From assembly GCA_023334545.1 (NCBI GenBank), contig JAADVB010000065.1, positions 1 to 64,000 of the forward strand: a stretch of DNA of 64,000 nucleotides, in the 5' to 3' direction. Below, piece by piece: positions 55,370 through 64,000 of this stretch (its first letter is position 1; each line of letters begins with the position of its first letter). Made by a program: the position numbers and the translations under genes. Below the pieces are notes generated by a model. That model did no database searches. It saw nothing but the letters and a program-made list of their open reading frames with translations, and was not told the DNA's origin. The DNA comes from Salisapilia sapeloensis CBS 127946. Its lineage: Eukaryota; Protista; Oomycota.

Positions 55370-56726
55370 TTAGGACATCACCTTGTTCTTTTTCAGGTAC
55401 CCTGTGGCAAAGACACTAATGGCCGCTGCGATAAGACTGCATCCGACAAGCGTCTGGTGCTTCTCAAAGAGCTGTAGCGCCCTCGCCATGACGCCTTGGA
55501 CCTCTAACACGGCAGGCTTTTTGTTCTTCTTGACAGCAGAAGACCGGCCGATGTCCTCGATGTCTCCGTCCTCGGTCTTCTTGTTCTTGTTCTTGAGCGC
55601 AAGCTGGCCGCAGGCCCCATCAATGTCCATCCCGTGGTTCTCACGGATCGTTACCTTGAGGTTGTACGGATTGCGCAAGACGGAGTGAAAGGCTTGGATG
55701 GCTTCGCGGGACGGAGCGTTGTAGGCTGCGTCCACTTCCGTCGCGTTGTACGGAATGAGATTCACGTGCACGGAACGATTCTGGAGCAGCTTTCCGAGGT
55801 CATGTGCGGTTTCGATCGAGTCATTTACGCCTTCCAGCATACAGTACTCGACCATGACCATTCGGTTCTCCCTATTTTCATACTGTTAAAATTGGACAAT
55901 TCTAATCAATGCTGTTAAACACACTTTTGGGCAAGATGCTCGTCGACAACGGTCATGAGCTTGTCTAGCGGGTAAGCAGTTGAAGTTGGAACGATTTCGG
56001 ACCGAAGTGTTTGTGTCGGGGCGTGCAGAGACAGCGCCAGTCGGACCAGTGGAGCGTCCTATGAGTAGAGTTTAGTCTTCGAGCATATTTATGTACGTGA
56101 ATGCGTAGGACCTTGTTGAGTTGGCGGATGCGGTGAATGACACCAACAGTTGAAAGCGTGATGTGTCGTGGGGCGATGCCAAAGACGCTAGTCATACCTC
56201 GGATGGCATCCAGTACAGCGTCGTAATTGTTCAAGGGCTCGCCCATGCCCATGAAAACAACGTTTCGGATAGGAGCAAAGCGGAAGGCAGCTGCCAACTG
56301 CTCTAGGATCTCCCCACTGCATAAGTCGGCAATGATGCCCATGGTCCCCGTTGCACAGAACGTGCAGCCCATTTGGCATCCTACTTGGGACGACACGCAC
56401 AGCGTGTGTCTGCCTGTGTGCTTCATGATGACTGCTTCGACCTCGTGACCATCCTGCAGTCGCAGCAAAAGCTTGATTGTACCATCGCTGGACTCTTGCT
56501 TGGTAATAAGGCTTAAAGAACTGACAGTGAACTCCTCCGCCAGTCGCTTTTTCAGCTTATGAGGCAAATTCGGCACCTTGTCCAAGTTTTTCTCTTCCGG
56601 ATGCTGAGCCAAGTACCGCCAGATCGTCGTAGCATGTAGCTCTTTAAATCCTTCCGCTCGAAGGAACTCTGGCAGTCGTGTCTGGTCCAGCAGAGGCTGT
56701 GGCGATAGCGACCTCTTCTTGACCAT
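55370..56726 (-). CDS. RlmN/Cfr-family radical SAM RNA methyltransferase, 3 exons: 56726-56112, 56058-55925, 55871-55370 (416 aa), with a C-terminal hydrophobic tail
   Basis: LCVSSQVGCQMGCTFCATG (CxxxCxxC), VFMGMGEPL, ITLSTVG, LALSLHAP, NLIPYN, DIDGACGQL. Two 53-nt introns. Confidence 0.92.
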
Positions 56727-57009
56727 GTTTGTTGGTTGTCAATTTTAGTGTCATTTAGCAGGTTTTACTTGTGACACACTCCTTTTCTTCCCTTCGTAAC
56801 ACAAAGCATACAAATTGAAGGGTATGATAGCTCTTCCATTGCACATCATAATGCAAGTAGGGCGTTGAATTAATCTTCAGCTTTGCCTGTGATTGGTCCC
56901 ATATGGGCAACTGCGCTCGGATTGGAGGAAAATCTGGCAAGACGAACCACAAAACTTGACACAAAACACAAAAGCGTCGACTCGGCAGAAGAAGGGAGCT
57001 TCGGAGGTG

Positions 57010-60000
57010 ATGAGCAGCCCCAGCAGCAACCAGAGCCAAGGTGCCGCCTCCCCTAAGCTAACTACGGATACAGCTGCCACCACCCAGTATGTTACGCTCC
57101 ATTCGCGCGTCGGAAAGCGGTACCAGGCCGTTATCCCGCCAATGATCAGCCCGGCACCGACCGATCTGAGCCATGGCAAGTCAAATGCCTTTCGAGACGC
57201 AACAAAGAAAGACCCTCGGACTCAGCTCTACATTCCCAAGACAAAATACTGTCCAGATCGCGCCGAAGGTACTTGTTTATTTCTTTTTATATGCGTTAAA
57301 TTAAAAATCGAGTGCCAATATCACCCTCCATTGTATTGTGCATTGAGTATGTTGTGCATACCCACTACCTGAGTATCATCAAACCTATTCTCTGTTTTGC
57401 ATATGAGTATTCTTGTCGGAAAACTAAGCTTGGATGGAACAGCACTGGGAGATGAACTCGACAAGTACTTGGACCTCGCTCGGTCCCTTCGTGATGGTGC
57501 CACCTTTGATACGGAAGAACAGGTCAAGGAGCTGGCACTGAACTACCTTCATCGATTTAATTATCAGCCAATTGATGCCGCCTGTTGCCTCTACGCGCGA
57601 CATAGCCTAGAAGTTCCTCAAACCGTTGCAGCAGTTCAGCAGACGTCGACGGATCCTGCTGCTGTCTGGATCACTACACTATACCGCATCCTTCGCCAGT
57701 CACGACTCACGCAGCAGGACGTCACGAAGCTTCAGGAGCTGAGCACGAAAGCGAAGAAGATGGATCGTGCTAGATTACCTGAAGCGGAAGCTGGTGTGGT
57801 CAGTCGACTCCTCCAGCGCCTGTCCAAATGGCAGAAACGATGTCGAGAGGTGCAGAATAAAGTGACGAACCGTGTGGACCTCATTCGCCTTTTGTACGAA
57901 GCGGAGGACTTGCAATTTGAGTGTGAAGAGAGAGAAGCTATTCAACGTCGCGTCTTATCTTTTGATGACGCATATAAGAAACTAAAGTCTGCCTTGGAAC
58001 GACCTTCTAGGAAAAACCATCCGCGTGTGAAGCTGGTGGAACTAGAAAAGTTGTTCATGTCGACGACAGAGCCGTTGATCAGTTTCCCGGATCGTGCAGA
58101 GATCGAAGCGACCGTGACGCAGGCTCGTGAGCTCCAAGACACGATGACTCGTATGCTGGCCGAAGATAAAGTGAGCTTGCCAGCGATGAGAGAAGTAATG
58201 TCTCGTCTTGACTCGGTGCCAGTGAACTTTGACAAGGAACTAGAAAAGTTCCAGCAAAAGATGCTAAGTGCGCAAGACTGGCTGGCCAAGGCTCGCAAGT
58301 GCATTCCCAAGAAACGCCCGACGCGACGTGTCGGAGGCGGTGAACCGAAGAAAGTGGAGCTAGATGCCATCCGTGCGCTGGTGGATGACGCCCCGTGCGA
58401 CGACAGCGCCGAGGTGTTTGAGATGCAGGACCTCCTCGATTGCGCCGATGAATGGGCGCGTAAGGTGAAAGAGGCGATTGAAGGCACGGGTGAGGCACCC
58501 ATCGAGCACCTCCGAGAGCTACAGGAAGAAGCAGATGAAATGCCTGTGGACATGGATGAATGCAAGTACCTTGGCGCTGAAATCGGTGCTCGTGAGTGGT
58601 GCGCCGAAGCAACAGAGATGCTGGCCAAGCGCAAGAGTCTGCGGCAACTGGAACGCATGGGTGAGCGAGCTCAACAGATTCGAAAGCAGTTGCATCCAAA
58701 GAAGCAGTCTCGTTGGAAGCCACAGGTGGAGAGAGATATTCATGCGTCTGTCGACAGTGCTCGTCGGTGGGTAAATGAGGTGCGAGATAATGTCGGTTCG
58801 GGCGTGTTCGACAAGCTCGTGGCAGCTGCGTCGTCCGTGGACATTGCCACATTGCTGCCTAAGCTAGAGGCAGCGGGCGCATCGAATAAGCAGAAAAAGA
58901 CGATGGAGGCGGTTGAAAAGGTGCTGGCAAAGGCTGACAAGCTCACGGTCGACGTCTCTTCGTACGTGAACCCAATGACGAGGTTGCTAGATGAAGCCAA
59001 GCGATCACAGGAGCAGGCCAGGGAGACACTAGCCGTTCTCAACGGCACGCAGCAAGGAGAAGGTCCGCTCGACTTTATGACCACGAGAGCTCTGCAGGAA
59101 AAGGTGGAAGCTTTCCCCTTCTCGTTCGAGGAAGGAGAACAGCTCAGTGCTATCCTCGAGAGCGAGCGTGGGTGGGCTAAGCGTGTTCGAGAAACGCTTC
59201 CTCCTCGCCAATCACGCAAGAAGCGTAAGCTGGCGGACGGAGTGACGATGGCGTTCTTGGAGTCACTCTTGGCCGAAAGTCAGCAACTCCACTTTGACTT
59301 TCCAGATGAGATTGGACTACTTCGGAAAGAATTGGATGAAATGCGTGCTTGGGAGGCAAAGGCGGTGCAGGTGCTTGAGACACCTTTGAACGAAAGCATA
59401 CAGCAGGTGTTGGCGACGCTCCAATCATTTGATCTAAAGGTGCATGCAAAAGTGCAGCAAGGGAAGGAAAAAATGCTGGCGTCGGACCCGACGTTTCAGC
59501 AACTGCGTGCTGAAGAGCAGGAAGTTTTGGACACACAAGTGCAGGATCAAAGTGCAGCGACTGAAGAACCAGCGGAAGACGCATCCGTGTCGGTGGTACC
59601 ACAGCTGAATGCAGCTGCAAGCGTCTTCTCTCGCGTCGAGTCGAGTGTGCGAGAGTCGCCCGAGTTCCTGCAGGTGGATACGATCGTCACGCACATTCGA
59701 ATGGAGACGGGATGTCTGCAGAGCGTGCAGAGCAAAGAGCATCGCGTCCGAGCCTCTGCGCCTCCGACGTCTGCCACTCCTTTTCAGACAAATGAAGGCC
59801 AGATACCGGTTCTTCAACCGCTGCTGTCGGCCGTGGAGCAGAGTCTGGAGGCACTCAGCAGTCTTGAACTCAAGTCGGAGAAGCGAGCGAGTGTCGAGAC
59901 ATTGGTGCAACTGGCTGACGACGGCGACACGGCTCTGACGGACAACATAACGGAAGGTGCGGTCAAGCAGCTCAGCCAGTGGAAGCAGCAGATCCAGCAG

Positions 60001-62259
60001 GTGCTGGAAGAGTCGCACTTGCTGAGCGCTGTGGCACCGAAGAGCGCGGTGCTTGAGACGACTGTTCGACTAATCGACTGGCTGCTTTCATCCCGCTCGA
60101 TCTTCTACGATGAAGCGCTGCCCCTGAATGACCTGTCGGACAAGGGTCGTGAGCTACGAAATTCGTTGTCGGAGATGAAGCAGGAACAGGCGCTTCAGGT
60201 ATGGGTGCTACAATCGCTCGAAACCATGCTGTGGCCACTCCCGTACCTTGAAGCTCAAGAGCACGTTGTCGCAGCATGGAAAGACCGCGTCTCTGCTTGC
60301 ATCAAGCAAAAGTCTGCTTCTCTCCATGAAATGCGCAGGCTGTTGGCGGAAGGCAGCCACTTGCTTATGGAGCCAGAGGCCTTCAAGCAGATTGTGGATG
60401 AAGTGAAGCGAGCCAAAGTGTGGCTTGGGAAGCTAAAGAAGCGTGTGAAAACGTTGATGAACAAGAAAGAGGCGAGGTTGACGATGAATGCTACCAAGGC
60501 TTTAGTGGAGGATGGTGAGCAGCTAGCTGTGGAACTCCCTGCGTTTGAACTGCTCAAGGAGCAATACGAAAGTGCACAAGACTGGGAAAGCCGTGTATTG
60601 TCCTCCGGGCTAGAAAGCGGGCAAGCACGTATCGCCCAGTTGGTTGGACTGTTGAACGAGTACGATGGCGCGAGATTCTGGGTCGACCTAGACCACCACC
60701 GAGAGGTGCTCAAGTCAGCGACTGAGAGGTACTGCATCTGTCGCCAGCCGTTTGATGGATTCATGATCGGGTGCGACCATTGTGACGACTGGTTCCACGA
60801 CAACTGCATCGGTATGAGCAAGGACAAGGCTGAGAAAGTTGAACACTACACCTGTCCGTCGTGTACCATTCTCCAAGGTCTGTCTGCTGTGCTGACACAA
60901 GAACGCGGCAACCAAGCCACTCTTTGGGATGACTCCACGACAGAAAAGAACTATGAAAAGCAATACAGTTCGGCACACCGAAAGATCAAACGTGAGGAGA
61001 AGGCGATTGAGCGCAACGAAGAGTTGTTGCAGAAAGGTGAACGACAACTCAGTCATCTCGTGACTTGCATCGAACAGCTCGAAGCACACAAAGGTCCGGC
61101 ACCAATCGAGCCTACACCACCAACCGTCGCTGATCAAGCAGAGGGTGTCCCGCCACCAGCGGCTGAAGATGTAGAAGTACGTCTAGCGAAACTGCGAAAC
61201 GAGTATGCTGATGCGAAGGCGCAAATCCGCGACATCCATGACTCACTTCGACTGTCACGTGACCGACTGCAACAGGCGCATACGACGTTACATGGACTCA
61301 AACGGGAGCGCGAATGTCGAGATGAGCGACTACCACTAGCACGGAAGTGGGTCCACGCCACCGCGGTGTTGCTGAACAACACGTCTGTCTTGCGCCGTTT
61401 GAACATGGCTGCCGACTCGTTTATGCCGAAAGAGTATGCAGAAGCCATTGCGGAAGCCAACAGCGGGAGCTTTCCTATTGAGCAAGGGTTCCCTGAAGTG
61501 CGTACATATGTCAAGCTGCTTCGACTCACCGGTTGGGTATGCTGCGTCGTCGGCATGCTTCAAGAACGTCCGTCCCGCCGCACACTTGCAGACGCCATCA
61601 CATACGCAGCATCCTACAACTTGTTAGACGTGAAGACGATTGCTCCCTTACGTAGTGTCGTCAGCCGCATGGACTCGTGGATCAACAAACTTCACAAGTG
61701 CATGTTTAAGACTTCGAACAAGGCACAGAGATTAGCACGGCTGAAGGTTCTTCTAAACGAGTACTCGAAGCTCCCTCTTACATGCCACTGGGTCGATGCC
61801 GTCGAGAACTACGTCAAGAAAGAGGATGGAAACGTTGCTATCGACCATCGCTCTGGACGCACCCTTTCGTTACAAGATGCAGAACAGGCAGCAGTCGCCG
61901 CAGTGACGGCGGCTACGGCTGAGACTGCGGCTGACGCAGCTACGGCAGCGCAACAGAAATTGCCTAGAAAACGACGACCGTATAACCGCAAGGAGAAGAC
62001 CATCGCTGGACCTGCGAAAAAGAAGTTGAAAAGCAAAGACGAGGAGGGTACAGAGATCAAGGACGAATTGAAGGATGAAACCACGGAAGAGGGTGGAACC
62101 GAGTCCAAGCAGGCTGAAGACGCGCAACTGAAGACTGAGGCAGCGCCGATGACTATGGTACAGGATAGCGAGGGCAAGCCCGTAGGGAATTCTTCTCGAG
62201 GAACAGAGCAAAAGGATGAGACGATGGCTCCGACGGCAGCATCAACAGTGTCGGCGTAG
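57010..62259 (+). CDS. ELM2 + PLU-1-like repeats + PHD finger chromatin protein, no JmjC; intron probably 57269-57442
   Basis: SRVGKRYQAVIP (ELM2 start), PLU-1-like helical repeats (WLAKARK, WARKVKEA, WAKRVRE), PHD YCICRQPFDGFMIGCDHCDDWFHDNCIG...CPSC. Confidence 0.8.
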
Positions 62260-62438
62260 ATGGAATGCGGAGATTTGCACATCGGGTAACGTATGATTTC
62301 AGTAAGCGAAACATGAGGCTTCGTTTGCGTATTTCATTTGATCCACGTTGAAGCGAATCGACTTGGGTTATTTTTAGTCACCCTGTCCTTGTTCCTTCGC
62401 ATACAGCAACTCTCGGATTCACCTTGCAGATTGGGAAC

Positions 62439-62981
62439 ATGTACCGTGGGAGAAGGACGAAAGCCACACAAGCAGTGCAAGAGATGGCGCCTCACCCGCC
62501 AGCTTGTATCTCGCAAAAGATGATGCCTGCCGAAGAGAGTAATGTTCAGGGTCCATCGTCTACTGGCGTCGAAGTCAACACAATGAGGTTTGAAAAGGAG
62601 GGACCGCAAGATATTGACGGGCTTCATGATGAGGTGATGATTTCTGAATCTGAAAAGGAAGCTGCAGAAATCTTAAACAGCATGAGCGCGTCTTGCAAGC
62701 GTCATGACGAATGGTAAGGTTGCGACAAACCCATATATCTCACGCTAGAGATTTACTCGATACATGCTTTTCGTAATTTCAGGTACTCAAAGATAAGCGC
62801 AGAGGTGAATGATGCTAGTCAAAACATGGTTGACATGGGCAACCACTATGCACAAATGAACGAGGAGCTAAACGACCTTGCTGCATTATGTGAGAACGAT
62901 ATCGACGGTGAGAAAATCGACCAGCTCTACCGCAGTCTCCCTTTGGAAGAGCAGCAAAACTTGATTGCTTTTACGATATAA
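62439..62981 (+). CDS. Hypothetical acidic protein, 2 exons: 62439-62713, 62783-62981
   Basis: GTAAG...TTCAG 69-nt intron keeps the frame (…RHDEW|YSKISAEVND…LIAFTI*). An upstream exon is possible. Confidence 0.5.
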
Positions 62982-63074
62982 ATAGACAATCGCTCTCTGG
63001 GTGTGGTCTTCAAAGATTAGTAGGTGAAACGATAAATAAAAATAAATTACCTTTAATTTGCTTCTTGCTCTAGT

Positions 63075-64000
63075 ATGGAAGATGAGCAAGATGAGGTGGA
63101 CTACTCGCAGTGGCAACAACTCGTTCTTCAGCGAGTCAATGAAAACGTTTTCACGCTAGGCACATTGCTCTCGTCTGGATGTGACCGTTTGGTCGTGCTT
63201 AATCTGCAGCGCAACTCGATTACGGACCTTGAACCGATTCAAATTACCGCCGGGACTCTTCGTTATCTCGATGTCTCTTTTAACAGCATCGCCAAATTAC
63301 CAGGTCGAGCTTATTGGAAGAAGTTCAAGCAATTGACCTTTTGCTTTTTGGAGGCCAACGCACTCGAGAAATGGACTGAAATACAAAGGCTGCACGTTTG
63401 CTCTTCATCCCTCCTCTGGTTAAAGCTCGCAGGCAATCCGGTAATGGAGAAAGAAGGATCTCGTCAACAGCTCATTCTCAAGCTTCCTTTCCTTAAAGCT
63501 ATTGACAAATTCACCGTGTCCGACGTCGAAGTATATGCCGCACAAGGTATACCATCTTCGAAATCTATAAGATGTTACGTATCTCATGCGTCTAACTTTT
63601 GGACAATGCACAGGAGGCTCGACTAGACCTTCCCTGTTACCCATATTCCGAAATATATCCGTTCTGGCTGAGCGAGTAGAATTCGACTCAGACAATGATG
63701 CGCTGGAGTACGTTGAGAGTGCTAAGAAGAATATACAGCGCGTGTATCGCGAGAGCAGTCCAGTGGTTTTAGTGCAGCGTATTGTACGAGGCTATTTATC
63801 TCGAAGTTTTATTTTATCGCGAATTAGCACGTTACGCCAGCTAGTCCTTCTAGTTCAAAAGGTTACTAGAGGCTTTTTACTCCGAATTAACTTACGACGG
63901 GAATTTGTTCGTCTCATGGGTGAACGAGGGGAGAAGATCATTCTACTGGGCTATGACGGAGGGATTGGTGTGCCTTCCAAAACTGCTCGTGGGTTAAATA
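63075..64000 (+). CDS. LRR + IQ protein (LRRIQ3-like), partial; intron 63547-63613
   Basis: SDS22-like LRRs (LNLQRNSI, LDVSFNSI, LAGNPV...LKAID), then VQRIVRGYLSR and VQKVTRGFLLR. Confidence 0.75.

Noticed and set aside
57269-57442. Unusually long 174-nt intron as a snoRNA or micro-exon host
   Set aside because: No C/D or H/ACA boxes seen, and the candidate micro-exon breaks the frame

Overview
Eukaryotic, oomycete-like DNA: GT-AG introns mostly 50-70 nt, oomycete-type INR/FPR core promoters, and candidate flagellar genes. The window has two regimes. (1) Gene-sparse, AT-richer islands carry eight paralogous single-repeat SHAQKYF-class Myb genes. Six are in tandem at 1-10.7 kb (the first runs off the window) and two more lie at ~30 kb and ~38 kb. 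They share an N-terminal motif, differ in intron position within the Myb repeat and have diverged recognition helices. The spacers hold a 120-nt hairpin and decayed ORF relics. (2) A very compact block of conserved genes: a 5-exon SEC20 missed by the ORF track, a 5543-aa single-exon VPS13 with C2, PDZ-inside-C2 and C-terminal PX domains, a class-3 lipase, a PH-MIT-MIM protein, annexin, an RNI-like LRR protein, CLPTM1, INTS9, an IQ protein, UBP14/USP5, TAF1, an RlmN-like radical SAM methyltransferase with a C-terminal hydrophobic tail, an ELM2-PLU1-PHD protein without JmjC, an orphan, and a partial LRR-IQ gene. Exon structures and domain calls were made by eye; no database searches were run.
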